A stretch of 59,211 bases of DNA from a virus. Lineage: Duplodnaviria > Caudoviricetes. The notes under the pieces are model-generated. The model made no database searches. It saw only the letters and a program-made list of their open reading frames with translations, and had not been told where the DNA came from. This document shows positions 35,959-45,897 of this stretch, piece by piece; position 1 is the first letter of the stretch; each line of letters starts with the position of its first letter. The stretch covers positions 1 to 59,211 of the IMG/VR virus record IMGVR_UViG_3300042857_000012; one strand, 5' to 3'. Both the position numbers and the translations under genes were made by a program.

Positions 35959-36323
35959 CCGCCCCCGTGCTCGACCCGGAACTGACCGCCGTCATCCTCC
36001 GCTCCGCCGCCGACCGCATCACCGAGGTCGGTCTGTGGCAGGGCCGGGTGTCGCCGGACGAGCCCGACACTGGCCGCACCTGCGCCGCTCTCGCAATCTG
36101 CGCCGCCGCTGGCCGGAACGGCGTCCGCGGTGACGCGCAGTACGCCACGCTGGCACTGTTCGCCCGCAGCGTCGGACTGACCATCGAGCCCGACGGCGAG
36201 TTCAACGGCGAGTTCAACGCGGTCCTCGACTGGAACGACCAGCTCGCCGGCCCGAACCCGGCCGGGCAGGTCGTTGCTGCGCTGCACCGGGCCGCCGACA
36301 GCGTGCTGGCAGTGGCGTCATGA
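35955..36323 (+). CDS. hypothetical protein (DUF6197-like)
   Basis: LRSAADRI..VGLWQG..CAALAI..WND..QVVAALHRAA. Confidence 0.6.
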   Translation: MTAPVLDPELTAVILRSAADRITEVGLWQGRVSPDEPDTGRTCAALAICAAAGRNGVRGDAQYATLALFARSVGLTIEPDGEFNGEFNAVLDWNDQLAGPNPAGQVVAALHRAADSVLAVAS

Positions 36324-36787
36324 CCCTCCACCTCGTCCCGATCCTGGACACCAAGCCGGCCCGGCGCCGGCGGATCCGCTCCGGTGACGCCCGCCTCGTC
36401 ATGGGCCTACGCCTGATGCTCGACGCGGCCACCGACCCGACACGCCGCGACGCCCTCGCGGTCGACCCCGGTGACGTGGCCGACATCCGCGCCGCCCTCG
36501 CCCCCCGCGCCACCTTCCGGACCCGCGAGGGCGCGCTGCTGGCGCTGGCGAAACTTGCCACCGACTGGACCGCCACCGAGCAGGGCCGCGACGAGATGCG
36601 CCGCCTGCTCGCCTACATCGCCCCCGCGCTCGACCTGGAGTCGTACCTGTGGGCGGAGATCGTCGGCGACCTCGACATCAGCAACGACGAGCAGTTCAAC
36701 ATCGACGCCCGCGGCGCCGCTGAGGCGAACCTGTTCTGCAACCTCGCCGCCGCGCTCGGCGCTCCGACTGGACCGGGGGCAGCGTGA
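36320..36787 (+). CDS. hypothetical protein
   Basis: ATGA overlap. Confidence 0.55.
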   Translation: MTLHLVPILDTKPARRRRIRSGDARLVMGLRLMLDAATDPTRRDALAVDPGDVADIRAALAPRATFRTREGALLALAKLATDWTATEQGRDEMRRLLAYIAPALDLESYLWAEIVGDLDISNDEQFNIDARGAAEANLFCNLAAALGAPTGPGAA

Positions 36788-37023
36788 TGGCCACGACACC
36801 GAAGACCACCAAGGCCGCCCGCATCCTCGCTGACTATGCCGCCTTCACCGCGCAGGAGCAGACCGAAGCCGAGGTCGTACTGAATGACCAAGCCCACGGC
36901 GGACACGGCATCACCAAGCCTGAGGCTGCCGCCCTGGTCGACCTGATCGCCGACCTCCGGCGCGCGGCCGCCGCTGCTGCCGCCACGCGTCCGGTAACGG
37001 TGACCCGGAGGGGAGCGGCGTGA
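36784..37023 (+). CDS. hypothetical protein
   Basis: Coupled ORF. Confidence 0.5.
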   Translation: MMATTPKTTKAARILADYAAFTAQEQTEAEVVLNDQAHGGHGITKPEAAALVDLIADLRRAAAAAAATRPVTVTRRGAA

Positions 37024-37220
37024 TGGAGCCACTGACCGCCGACGAGATCCAGCGGTACGCCGACGAGTACAACCTCCCACCGCTGCCGCCCGGCCCGGAC
37101 CCGAACCCGGAAGCGATGGCGCGGGCCATGCAGGTCGCCCGCGACGCCTTCACTGCGACCGTCCGCCGTGAGCACGTCCGCGACGGGTCCTGCTGTCGCC
37201 TACCGGCAGGGGACATCTGA
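37020..37220 (+). CDS. hypothetical protein
   Basis: Coupled ORF. Confidence 0.5.
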   Translation: MMEPLTADEIQRYADEYNLPPLPPGPDPNPEAMARAMQVARDAFTATVRREHVRDGSCCRLPAGDI

Positions 37221-37309
37221 TGACCCCCAACGGTCTGCGTGCCGTCCTCAACGCGGCGCTGATCGGCGCGTTCATCCTCGCCACCGTGATCTACCTGGCC
37301 ACCCGATGA
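37220..37309 (+). CDS. 29-aa TM peptide
   Basis: TGATG overlap; MTPNGLRAVLNAALIGAFILATVIYLATR. Confidence 0.45.
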   Translation: MTPNGLRAVLNAALIGAFILATVIYLATR

Positions 37310-37326
37310 CTTCCCCAGGAGCACCC

Positions 37327-37734
37327 ATGAGCCGCACCACGCAGGACGCCACGGGCCCCGACGAACTGGACCAAGCGCGCATCGAGGAGATTCGCACGAA
37401 GGTCAACCGCTGGACCCCGCAAGGCGCCAGCGACCTGATGATGTTCGACCTCGCCACGGTCTTGGCGTTACTGAACGCCTACGACGCCATGACCGCGGCC
37501 GGCAAGCGAGTCGAGTTCGTCGTGGACTGCCCGGTCTGCGGTGAGCCCGCGACCGCCGGCACCACCCTGTTCACCGACTACGAGCCCGGCCAGCCACTGC
37601 GTATCGACCTCGGCATGGCCGCCTCGCAGGAGACCTTCACCTGCACCGGCCCGGACTGCGGCGCCCAGTGCTACTCGGGCGACTTCGAGGTGTTCACCGA
37701 CGAGGACACCGAGGGCGGTACTCCCGATGCCTGA
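37327..37734 (+). CDS. Zn-ribbon hypothetical protein
   Basis: AGGAG RBS; CPVC...CTGPDC. Confidence 0.55.
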   Translation: MSRTTQDATGPDELDQARIEEIRTKVNRWTPQGASDLMMFDLATVLALLNAYDAMTAAGKRVEFVVDCPVCGEPATAGTTLFTDYEPGQPLRIDLGMAASQETFTCTGPDCGAQCYSGDFEVFTDEDTEGGTPDA

Positions 37735-37921
37735 GCCGACCGCCGAGCGCGTGCAACTGCCTCCAGTCGACCTGGACGGCGCGGTGCAGCGACTGCACGA
37801 CGCCGCCCGAGTCGCCGACCTGTGGGCCGCCTCCCCGCGCGTCCGCCAAGAGATCGCCGACCGGTACAGCGGTCTGGCGTGGGCGCTGGATCACCTTACG
37901 TACGGGGGCGACGATGCCTGA
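37727..37921 (+). CDS. hypothetical protein
   Basis: 8-bp overlaps. Confidence 0.5.
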   Translation: MPEPTAERVQLPPVDLDGAVQRLHDAARVADLWAASPRVRQEIADRYSGLAWALDHLTYGGDDA

Positions 37922-38696
37922 GCCGACCACCGCGCCGATCCTCATGGTCGCGATCAACGAAGCCCGCGCGGACCTCGACTACCACGGCCAACTGATCACC
38001 GCCCCTGACGCTACGTACAACCCGGATGCGCTCGCCGTCGTCAGTGCAGCCACAACCTTCCGCGACGCCTACGACAGCGCGGCCGCTGCCATCGAGGTAT
38101 ACCGATCGGACATCGCTTCCCTACGGGCCCGCGCTGCCGCCGCTGAGGCTGCGGTACAGCGAGTCCGGGAGGCTGCCAAAGTCGGGCACGACCAGTGCGT
38201 CTACCGGCCCCACGCGATCGAGGACGAGTACGAGCGGGGAAAGGCTCACGCGCTGGACGACGTGTACCGCCTGCTGGCAGGTGCAGCGGATACCCCGCCG
38301 CAGTCCGACCTCACCACGGTCTCCGGCATCGTCAACGCGGCACCCGACGACCAGCCCGTCACCGTCACCGGCTACATCCACCACGTCGACGCCCGCGCCA
38401 ACCGGGCCGGAGCGGCGTACGTCGAGCTGGTCCTGGTCGACCGGAACGCTGAGATCGAGGACTCTGACCCGGCCGCCGTGAAGGTCGTCATCCCGGCGCC
38501 GGTCTACGCCGGTTGGGACCTCGCGCTGAGTCCCCAGGAGGGGACGCTGGTGGAGATCACCGGCCGGACCGTCCGCGAGGTCGTGGTCATCGCCTCCGGT
38601 GTGCAGGAACTGACCTGCCCGGGGCACCTCGGCTCCGACCCGGAAGACCCGCAGTACTGCGACGGGACCTGCCGGTTCGTCGGGAGCCAGCCGTGA
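37914..38696 (+). CDS. coiled coil + OB-fold nucleic-acid-binding protein
   Basis: VTVTGYIHHV..RANRAG..YVELVLVD..VKVVI..VY..EGTLVEITG OB-fold pattern. Confidence 0.6.
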   Translation: MPEPTTAPILMVAINEARADLDYHGQLITAPDATYNPDALAVVSAATTFRDAYDSAAAAIEVYRSDIASLRARAAAAEAAVQRVREAAKVGHDQCVYRPHAIEDEYERGKAHALDDVYRLLAGAADTPPQSDLTTVSGIVNAAPDDQPVTVTGYIHHVDARANRAGAAYVELVLVDRNAEIEDSDPAAVKVVIPAPVYAGWDLALSPQEGTLVEITGRTVREVVVIASGVQELTCPGHLGSDPEDPQYCDGTCRFVGSQP

Positions 38697-38887
38697 CCCG
38701 CGCCGTAGCGGTGTGGCCTCAGGCCGGCACCGTCCACCTGTCCGGTGAGGGCTACGCCCCGCCGCTGATCCTCACCACCCGGCAGGCCATCCACCACGCC
38801 GGCCTCCTGCGCGGCACTGACCGTCCGCTGGCCCGGGAGATCGGCGCGTGCGTCGGCCGGATCTGGCAACAGGAGCGTGCGGCATGA
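38693..38887 (+). CDS. hypothetical protein
   Basis: 4-bp overlaps. Confidence 0.45.
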   Translation: MTRAVAVWPQAGTVHLSGEGYAPPLILTTRQAIHHAGLLRGTDRPLAREIGACVGRIWQQERAA

Positions 38888-39243
38888 CGTCGGCCGAGGA
38901 ATTGCGGGCAGCGGCCGCACAGATGCGCGAGCTGGCCGAGGCGGTCATCACCGGCACCGACGAACTGCCAGGGATGCACTGGTTCGCGGACCACGCGACC
39001 TTTGAGGGCGGACGGTCCGAGGTTGTGGCGTTGGACGAGGGGTCGCTCGTCGCCCAAGGGCTGCACCGGGAGATGGCCGAGCACTTCGCCGCTTGGGATC
39101 CCGCCGTGGCCCTGGCCGTCGCTGACTGGCTGGAGAGTGTCGTCAATGACGAGGCGTTCACCGCGATGAGTAGCGCCTATTCGTGTGTCTGCTTCAACCA
39201 CGCCCTCGCTGTGGCCCGCGTTTTCCTCGGCGGTACGGCGTGA
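38884..39243 (+). CDS. hypothetical protein (Ead/Ea22-like)
   Basis: EELRAAA..MRELAEA..W..AEHFAAWDP.VALAVADWLE. Confidence 0.6.
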   Translation: MTSAEELRAAAAQMRELAEAVITGTDELPGMHWFADHATFEGGRSEVVALDEGSLVAQGLHREMAEHFAAWDPAVALAVADWLESVVNDEAFTAMSSAYSCVCFNHALAVARVFLGGTA

Positions 39244-39542
39244 CCGAGACGTGGACCGACTTGATGACCCGCTGCACCGGCTGGGTCCGCCGACCCGACT
39301 GGACCAGTGAAGACTGCGCCGCCGCCTACGTCCTGGACGACGGCCGGCACATCGAGCGAATGAGCGGCAGCCTTGCCGACCCCGGCAAGCAGTGCCCGCA
39401 GGCCCGCGAGATGACCGCCGAGGAAGCCCACCACCTGTGGGCGACCGTGTACGTCCCCGGCCCCGAGTACCAGGCGCGACGGGCGTACTACGAGGCAGCC
39501 ACGCGCGGCTACGTCCGCGTCCGCACCGGCGGTGCCCTGTGA
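39240..39542 (+). CDS. hypothetical protein
   Basis: GTGA overlaps. Confidence 0.5.
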   Translation: MTETWTDLMTRCTGWVRRPDWTSEDCAAAYVLDDGRHIERMSGSLADPGKQCPQAREMTAEEAHHLWATVYVPGPEYQARRAYYEAATRGYVRVRTGGAL

Positions 39543-39673
39543 AGCGTGCTCTCCTCGCCGCCATCGCAGCCGCTGTCCTCGCTGCCCTCGCAGGTTTGGC
39601 CGTGACATGGGACGCGCTACTCCACGGCGGGGACACGGGCAGCGACTTCAACCTGACGGGAGATCTGACGTGA
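39539..39673 (+). CDS. small membrane peptide
   Basis: MKRALLAAIAAAVLAALAGLAV; GTGA overlaps. Confidence 0.5.
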   Translation: MKRALLAAIAAAVLAALAGLAVTWDALLHGGDTGSDFNLTGDLT

Positions 39674-40485
39674 GCTTCTCCCGTGAGCAGGTTGACCAGC
39701 TCCTCCGGGCCATCAACCCGAACCGTGTACTCCAGGCCGAGGGCCAGACTCACGTCGCGCAGCAGGACATCCGCGCCCACCTGACCCGGATCTTCGGGTT
39801 CGAGGGCTGGGACAAGGAGGTTCTGGAATTGCGCTGCGTCCGCGACACCGCGATCACACTGCCCGCCAAGGGCAGCAGGCCGGAGCGGCAGGTCCCCGCG
39901 GTCACCTACCTGTGCCGGATGCGCCTCACCATCCGCGACCCCTCCGGTGCGGTGGTCAAGGTGTCCGAAGACGTCGGCACCGGCACCAGCCCGAACCTGC
40001 CCACTTATGGCGACGCGCACGACTTCGCCGCGAAGAACGCTGTGTCATACGCACTGAAGCGCTGCGCCATCGACCTCGGGGATCAGTTCGGTCTGTCGCT
40101 GTACAACAAGGGCCAGACCGAGGCGCTGGTTAGGCGGACCCTGGTCAGGCCGGGAGATAGCGCGCCGGACGGGGACGTCGAGGCCAACGTCCCCCGGCAG
40201 GTGTCGATGGGCGACTCCGAAGACGCTCCGCCAGCGGATGTCGGCGAGGAGTCCCAGGAGCCGTCGCAGTCGGAGCCGGACAAGATCCGGGCCGAACTCC
40301 TCAAGCTCTGCGGTGAACTCGGTTGGAACGCCGCCACGGTCGCGCAGGGATACGCCAAGCAGTACGGCGGCCGAGACATCCGCACGGAGACCAACGTCGA
40401 GGCGCTGACGCTGTTCCTCCAGGACCGGCTGCTGGACGCCGCCCGGGAGAAGGAAGAAGCAGCCGGCGAGGGGGCCGCCGCATGA
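39670..40485 (+). CDS. Rad52/Rad22 (Sak)-family ssDNA annealing protein
   Basis: IRAHLTRIFGFEGW, RLTIRD..G..EDVGTG, AHDFAAKNAVSYALKRCAIDLGDQFGLSLY. Confidence 0.88.
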   Translation: MSFSREQVDQLLRAINPNRVLQAEGQTHVAQQDIRAHLTRIFGFEGWDKEVLELRCVRDTAITLPAKGSRPERQVPAVTYLCRMRLTIRDPSGAVVKVSEDVGTGTSPNLPTYGDAHDFAAKNAVSYALKRCAIDLGDQFGLSLYNKGQTEALVRRTLVRPGDSAPDGDVEANVPRQVSMGDSEDAPPADVGEESQEPSQSEPDKIRAELLKLCGELGWNAATVAQGYAKQYGGRDIRTETNVEALTLFLQDRLLDAAREKEEAAGEGAAA

Positions 40486-40898
40486 GCACCAGCCCGTGGG
40501 CGCAGCCACCGGCCCCGCCGCTGACGTTGCAGGAGACCAACCAGCGCATCCACGACCTGACCCGCGAACTGGAACGGCAGCACGAGCACGAGCTGCAGGG
40601 CCTGCTCGCCGAGCAGCAGCGCGTCTCGCTGGCGTACGAACTCCGCTTCGCCGCCGCGGTCGCCGCTTCCGAGCAACGCTCGGAGGACCGGCGCAAGGCC
40701 GAGGCGACCGGCGTGCTGGCCGAGACGTACCTGGACGGCAACCCGACCGACCTCGCCACCCGCAAGGCCGTCATCGACATGCAGGTGAAAGCCCAACGCG
40801 AATATGCGCACAACCTGCGGGCCGAGATCAACGCCATGCAGACCCTGTCGGCGAACCTCCGCGCGGAAGCCGGCCTGGCGGGGGTGATCCGGCCGTGA
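40482..40898 (+). CDS. coiled-coil hypothetical protein
   Basis: ATGA overlap with the annealase. Confidence 0.6.
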   Translation: MSTSPWAQPPAPPLTLQETNQRIHDLTRELERQHEHELQGLLAEQQRVSLAYELRFAAAVAASEQRSEDRRKAEATGVLAETYLDGNPTDLATRKAVIDMQVKAQREYAHNLRAEINAMQTLSANLRAEAGLAGVIRP

Positions 40899-41386
40899 GC
40901 GAACTCAAGGACGTGGCCCGGGACCTGCTGGTGCTGGCCGAACTCGTCAAGCGCGTGAAGACGGCCGACCTGGCGCTGCGGTCCCGGTACGCCGAACTCG
41001 GCGACGAGGGCGACCGCACCGCCTGGAAGGTCGACGGACAGCCGGTCGGCGGGGTGCAGATCACCGCCGGCGCACTCCGCGCCCGCATCACCGACCCCCG
41101 GGCGTTGCTGCGCTGGGTCCAGGCCAACCACCCCACCGAGGTCGTAGCCGAGCCAGCGATACGACCGGCGTACCAGACGGCGCTGCTGGACGCGGCGAAG
41201 GAAGCCGGCATGCCCGTGGACCCGGCGACCGGCGACGAAGTCCCCGGCATCGTCGTAGAGCTCGGCGACCCGATCGTGCGTGTGGTCCCCGCGAAGGGTT
41301 CCGGCGTGCTGATCGAGGCCGAGTGGAAGGCCGGCCGGCTGGCGCTTCCCGCGTCGGTGCTGCCCGAGTTGGAGGCGCCGCGATGA
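40895..41386 (+). CDS. hypothetical protein (recombination region)
   Basis: ALLRWV..NHPTEV..DPATGDEVPGI. Confidence 0.65.
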   Translation: MSELKDVARDLLVLAELVKRVKTADLALRSRYAELGDEGDRTAWKVDGQPVGGVQITAGALRARITDPRALLRWVQANHPTEVVAEPAIRPAYQTALLDAAKEAGMPVDPATGDEVPGIVVELGDPIVRVVPAKGSGVLIEAEWKAGRLALPASVLPELEAPR

Positions 41387-41802
41387 CCCTGTCCCGCACC
41401 AACATCCGCCGCCGCGCCACACCCCGGCTGGCTGCTTCACAGCGCGCCCTGGCTGCCGCTCAGGCAAAGGTCGCGGAACGGTCCGGAGGCAACTGCGAGG
41501 GCTGCGCGTCACACCCGGCCTCGCAGTTCCACCACCGCAAGGCCCGGCAGGCCGGCGGGTCCAGTCGCGACGCGGCGATCCACTCGCCAGCGAACCTTCT
41601 GCACCTGTGCCTGTGGTGCCACGAGATGTGCGAGTCGCATCCGGACCGGTGGACGTTCGGCTGGAAGGTTCACCGCGGCCACAACCCCGCAGAGGTCAGC
41701 GTGTTGCTGACGATCGGATCGTGGCAGGTCGAGCCGGCCTGGTTCCTGCTGGATGACGGTGGCGGCCGGTGTGCCGCCCCGGACGGGGGAGAGGCGACAT
41801 GA
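41383..41802 (+). CDS. HNH endonuclease
   Basis: RSGGNCEGC..HHRK.R..GG..NLLHLC.WCH. Confidence 0.8.
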   Translation: MTLSRTNIRRRATPRLAASQRALAAAQAKVAERSGGNCEGCASHPASQFHHRKARQAGGSSRDAAIHSPANLLHLCLWCHEMCESHPDRWTFGWKVHRGHNPAEVSVLLTIGSWQVEPAWFLLDDGGGRCAAPDGGEAT

Positions 41803-42047
41803 GGGGTGTCAGCAAGCGTCCGGCGTACCGCGTACAGGTCTGGCGGCAGTCACCGTTCCCGCTGGACATCACCAGCAGCAAGGCCGCTGCGTATCGGGAG
41901 GCGGAAGCCCAGGCACGGCAGGCGGTCCAGTACGGCGGGATTACGCAAGTACAGGTGATGGTTCGCGAGCCCGGTAGCCGCCAGTGGGGCGCACTCGAAA
42001 CGGTTTGGCGCCACGGCAGCCTCGCCCCCAGCGAGCTCGACCCCTGA
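41799..42047 (+). CDS. hypothetical protein
   Basis: ATGA overlap. Confidence 0.5.
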   Translation: MRGVSKRPAYRVQVWRQSPFPLDITSSKAAAYREAEAQARQAVQYGGITQVQVMVREPGSRQWGALETVWRHGSLAPSELDP

Positions 42048-42168
42048 CGTGGTGGCGCGGCCCCGTCCCTTCCTTATTCGGCTGGGGAAGACGCCGCAAC
42101 CTGCGGGTCGCGCCACCACCCCACCACAGACCACCCGACACGCAAAGACGAGCACCACGGAGACACCG

Positions 42169-42624
42169 ATGAGCTACCAGAGCGCCGCCTACGACAAGCA
42201 GAACGACGACGGATTCCCGCCTGACCCGGTCGTGGTGATTGTTGCCACCGGCACCCACGACGTGTCCCGACTGGCGCACCTCCTGAACGGCGGCGCGCCC
42301 GTCATCGAGCAGTACCAGCTCGGGGAGCGCGTACGCCGCCAGGTTCGCCGCCACTCCGCCGGCCGCGCCGCGCTACATCTGCTGCACGAGCACGGCGGGC
42401 CGGACCTGCTGGAGACCGCACCACCCAAAGACGCCGAGCTGGAGAAGCTGATCCGCCTAGCCATCTCCGACCCGGGCGCGTTCGTAAAGCGGGGTCACCC
42501 GACGGCTGGGGGCAAGAGCGACTACAGCGAGTCGATCCCCGCGTGGGGTGCACGCGCTGTCCTGGTGGCACTGGAACGACACGGCGTCGACCGGGCTGTC
42601 GCGACCTCGGGCGGTGCGGCATGA
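42169..42624 (+). CDS. hypothetical protein
   Basis: GGAG RBS before ATG 42169. Confidence 0.55.
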   Translation: MSYQSAAYDKQNDDGFPPDPVVVIVATGTHDVSRLAHLLNGGAPVIEQYQLGERVRRQVRRHSAGRAALHLLHEHGGPDLLETAPPKDAELEKLIRLAISDPGAFVKRGHPTAGGKSDYSESIPAWGARAVLVALERHGVDRAVATSGGAA

Positions 42625-42809
42625 GCGACACCACCACCCGCACCGAATGGGCGGTCCTGCTGTCCAACGGCCGCCGCTGGACCTCCGAGCTCCACACCGA
42701 AGCCTCCACCCGCCGGGCTGTCGCTGACTCCGGTACCGGTGTGGTGCAGTCCCGCACGGTGACGACCACGGTCACCGACTGGGTGGACGCGCCGGACGGT
42801 GCGGCATGA
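42621..42809 (+). CDS. hypothetical protein
   Basis: ATGA overlaps. Confidence 0.5.
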   Translation: MSDTTTRTEWAVLLSNGRRWTSELHTEASTRRAVADSGTGVVQSRTVTTTVTDWVDAPDGAA

Positions 42810-43243
42810 CCGCGCCGAAGCAGCCAACCGGCGCTGAGCCGATCCGCGACGGCCACAGCCTCAACGTCGAACTCGAATCAGCCGGGATCTACCTCACCGT
42901 GAACTGCCCCCACGACGGCACCGACTGGACCACCTACGACCTGATGGACCGGCCACGCTGCCGCCGCGTCGTAGACCCCCACGACGGCACGCCAGACAAC
43001 GACCACGCCAACACCTGCATGATCTCCGAATGGTCCGAGGCGGTGACCGGCGCCGCTGAACTGCTCGACCTCGGCACGGGCGGCTTCACAGCCACCGCGC
43101 TGCCGATCGAGGTCATCTACTGGTGGACCGTCGGCGACCAGTTGTACCTGAGGCCCGTCGCGGGGCCGCCGGGTGAGACTGAGTACAAGACCCTGATAAC
43201 TGAGGTCGCCGCTCGGTCTGCAACTCCGGAGCGTGCGGCATGA
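42806..43243 (+). CDS. hypothetical protein
   Basis: ATGA overlaps. Confidence 0.55.
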   Translation: MTAPKQPTGAEPIRDGHSLNVELESAGIYLTVNCPHDGTDWTTYDLMDRPRCRRVVDPHDGTPDNDHANTCMISEWSEAVTGAAELLDLGTGGFTATALPIEVIYWWTVGDQLYLRPVAGPPGETEYKTLITEVAARSATPERAA

Positions 43244-43455
43244 TCCTCGCCTTCGCTCTCACCGCTGCCACCCTCCCGGCCGCCATGTACGGCGTGCACC
43301 GGTTCGAACGCTGGTCGCAGGACTGCGAGGTCCGGGCCGCGCAGATCCGCGCGGAGGACGCCGTCATCACGGGACACCCCGGCGCTGACGAGGACTTCGC
43401 TGTCCAGCTGCGGTCGTGGCTGGACGCCGGCCAGGGATCGGCGGTGGCACGGTGA
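43240..43455 (+). CDS. small membrane protein
   Basis: N-terminal hydrophobic segment; overlaps. Confidence 0.5.
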   Translation: MILAFALTAATLPAAMYGVHRFERWSQDCEVRAAQIRAEDAVITGHPGADEDFAVQLRSWLDAGQGSAVAR

Positions 43456-43763
43456 CCCGCCGACCGGTCGGCCACGCCAGCCCGGCAGAGCCCGTCACCG
43501 AACTCCCGCAGGTCCCCGCAGGCCCCGGCCAAGGCGCCTCGACGACCGCCACCCTGCCCCGCCCGCGCTGCGCTTCCTGCCGCCAGCCGATGCCCTGGCA
43601 CCCGCCGCTGTGCACCTGCGGCCACCCCGTCAGCAGCCACCACGAAACCGGGACCGGGAACCTCACCTACTGCTGCAACGGCGGCCCTGACGGCAACTGC
43701 GGCTGCGGCCGGTACGCGCAGGCCAGCGACGGCTACTACGGGCCGCTGAAGGTGGCGTCATGA
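43452..43763 (+). CDS. Cys-rich hypothetical protein
   Basis: CASC, CTCGH..H, CC..CGC. Confidence 0.5.
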   Translation: MTRRPVGHASPAEPVTELPQVPAGPGQGASTTATLPRPRCASCRQPMPWHPPLCTCGHPVSSHHETGTGNLTYCCNGGPDGNCGCGRYAQASDGYYGPLKVAS

Positions 43764-44089
43764 CCGCCGTCACCGCGGACGAAGCCCGCGACATCATCCG
43801 CACCCACTGGCTGGTGGTCGGCGGCGACTTCCAGCACATGCACGGACTGTGGGCCGGTACCGACGACGACACGGTCACCGCAATAGTTGATGACGGCCAA
43901 GCGTCCGCGCGGCTGGCATGCGGCCGGCTCGGTAACTGCTGGGTTCCCGGCGTCGGTGACCGCATGGGCGCCGACCGGTGCCCGTCCTGCTGCGACGCCC
44001 TCGGCCTACCGCACGGGGTCGGCTCACCGAAGAACGACCTGACCTGCCGCGCCCTGCTGGGCCTGCCCGCTTCCGGCGGTGCAGCGTGA
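43760..44089 (+). CDS. hypothetical protein
   Basis: LACG..RCPSCC..G.P.G.GSPKND. Confidence 0.55.
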   Translation: MTAVTADEARDIIRTHWLVVGGDFQHMHGLWAGTDDDTVTAIVDDGQASARLACGRLGNCWVPGVGDRMGADRCPSCCDALGLPHGVGSPKNDLTCRALLGLPASGGAA

Positions 44090-44292
44090 CCGGCCCGCTG
44101 TACGGCGACTGTCACGGCTGCGGCCAGCAGCACCGCCTGACCAAGCGTGGGCTGGTGTACCGCCACAACCACGCCACCGACCGGCTCATGAACTGCTCCG
44201 GGTCCGGTCGAGCACCGATCCGCCCGGTCCGGCCTGCCCGCGTACCGGGCGCCGCCACCGTCCACCTGCCCGACCCGGAGGTGACCCCGTGA
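44086..44292 (+). CDS. small Zn-finger protein
   Basis: CHGCG..L..G..H..CSGSG. Confidence 0.55.
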   Translation: MTGPLYGDCHGCGQQHRLTKRGLVYRHNHATDRLMNCSGSGRAPIRPVRPARVPGAATVHLPDPEVTP

Positions 44293-44846
44293 CCACACCC
44301 GCCCTGTTCCCCGGCGCCACCGGCATGTACCGGGCGGCCGTCATCTCCGCCGACCACCGGTACCGGTACAGCCTCATCCGCCGTTGGGCCGACACCGGCC
44401 CCGTCGTCTGCTTCGTCATGCTCAACCCGTCCAGGGCCGACGCCGAAGTGGACGACAACACCATCCGCCGCTGCATCGGCTTCGCCCGAGCGTGGGGCGC
44501 GTCGGCGCTGCGGGTCCTGAACCTGTACGCCTACCGGTCGCCGTACCCGCGTGACCTGTGGACGGCCGCCGATCCGGTCGGCCCGGAGAACGACGCCGCC
44601 CTGACCCGCGCTGCTCAACGCGCGCAGGACCGTGGTTGGCCACTGATCGCCGCGTGGGGTGGGAACGCCCGCCCTGACCGCGTAGCCGCTGTCCTGGCCC
44701 TGTCCGGCATGACCGCGCTGCAAGCCCTCGGCGTCACCAGATCCGGCGCCCCGCGGCATCCGCTGTACCTGCCGACCTCGGCTGTCCCGTCACCGTGGCC
44801 GCCCGCCCACCTGCCCGACACCACACCGGGGGAGACGCCCGCATGA
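44289..44846 (+). CDS. DUF1643 family protein
   Basis: YRYSLIRRW, FVMLNPS.AD..DD.TIRRC..FA, NLYAYR, AAWG, PRHPLY. Confidence 0.85.
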   Translation: MTTPALFPGATGMYRAAVISADHRYRYSLIRRWADTGPVVCFVMLNPSRADAEVDDNTIRRCIGFARAWGASALRVLNLYAYRSPYPRDLWTAADPVGPENDAALTRAAQRAQDRGWPLIAAWGGNARPDRVAAVLALSGMTALQALGVTRSGAPRHPLYLPTSAVPSPWPPAHLPDTTPGETPA

Positions 44847-45706
44847 GCGACAACAGCAGCATCGAGTGGACCTCGACCACCTGGAACGTCGTAACCGGCT
44901 GCACGCGGGTTTCGGAGGGCTGCGACAACTGCTACATCGAACGCACCATGCCGTTCCGCGTGGCGCACCGCCGCTTCGACCAGGACGGCGTCGGCGGCAC
45001 CACGGGCGTACTGCTCCACCCGGAGCGGCAGGACAAGCCGCTGCACTGGCGCAAGCCCCGCAAGGTGTTCGTCAACTCCCTCGCGGACCTGTTCCACAAC
45101 GACGTCCCGGACGGGTTCATCGCCCGCGTGTGGGAGGTCATGGCCGCGACGCCGCAGCACACCTACCAGATCCTTACCAAGCGGCCCGCGCGGATGCGCA
45201 GCCTCCTCGGGTCCGACGACTGGCTCGACATGTTCGAGCGGGGCAACGCCGAGTACCCCCTGCCGAATGTGCATCTCGGCGTGTCCGTGGAGAACCAGAA
45301 GTGGGCCGACAGCCGCATTCCGCTGCTGCTCGCCACCCCGGCTGCTGTCCGCTGGGTCAGCGCCGAACCGCTGCTCGGCCCGGTGGAGTTCGAGTTCCTG
45401 CACTACTTCGACCCCGGCAATTGCGCGTGCGAACCCACCTGGAGCGTCCACGAGCCCACCTGCGGCGTTGAGCCCGGCGCGCACTGGGGCCTGGACTGGA
45501 TCGTGGTCGGCGGTGAGTCCGGCCCGGGTGCCCGCCCGATGGATGAGGCGTGGGCGCAGCGCATCGTGCGCGACTGCCGCGCGGCCGGCGTGAAGGTCTT
45601 CGTCAAGCAGCTCGGCAGCGTCCTCGGCGGCAAGGCCCACCACGACATCGCCACCTTCCCCGCTGGCTTGCGGCACCGGGAGTACCCGACGCAGGTACCA
45701 GCATGA
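44843..45706 (+). CDS. DUF5131 (Gp37/Gp68-like three-Cys) protein
   Basis: SIEWT..TWN..TGCTRVSEGCDNCY, FVNSLADLFH, LTKRP.R, SAEPLLGP, WIVVGGESG..ARPM. Confidence 0.9.
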   Translation: MSDNSSIEWTSTTWNVVTGCTRVSEGCDNCYIERTMPFRVAHRRFDQDGVGGTTGVLLHPERQDKPLHWRKPRKVFVNSLADLFHNDVPDGFIARVWEVMAATPQHTYQILTKRPARMRSLLGSDDWLDMFERGNAEYPLPNVHLGVSVENQKWADSRIPLLLATPAAVRWVSAEPLLGPVEFEFLHYFDPGNCACEPTWSVHEPTCGVEPGAHWGLDWIVVGGESGPGARPMDEAWAQRIVRDCRAAGVKVFVKQLGSVLGGKAHHDIATFPAGLRHREYPTQVPA

Positions 45707-45897
45707 CCGCCCCCGCCGTTCTGGTCACCGTGCCCGTCCCGCCGCCCGGCGCCGACACCGTCCATACCCGCCTCGCCGCACGCCGCGCCGCGCTCACCAT
45801 CCTCGGCGCCGACCCGGCCCTGCACTGGCTGTCCACCGAACGCCTGGTCTACCTCGCCCGGTGCGCACTGCTCGACACGCCCGGCGGTGAGGGATGA
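45703..45897 (+). CDS. hypothetical protein
   Basis: ATGA overlaps. Confidence 0.5.
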   Translation: MTAPAVLVTVPVPPPGADTVHTRLAARRAALTILGADPALHWLSTERLVYLARCALLDTPGGEG

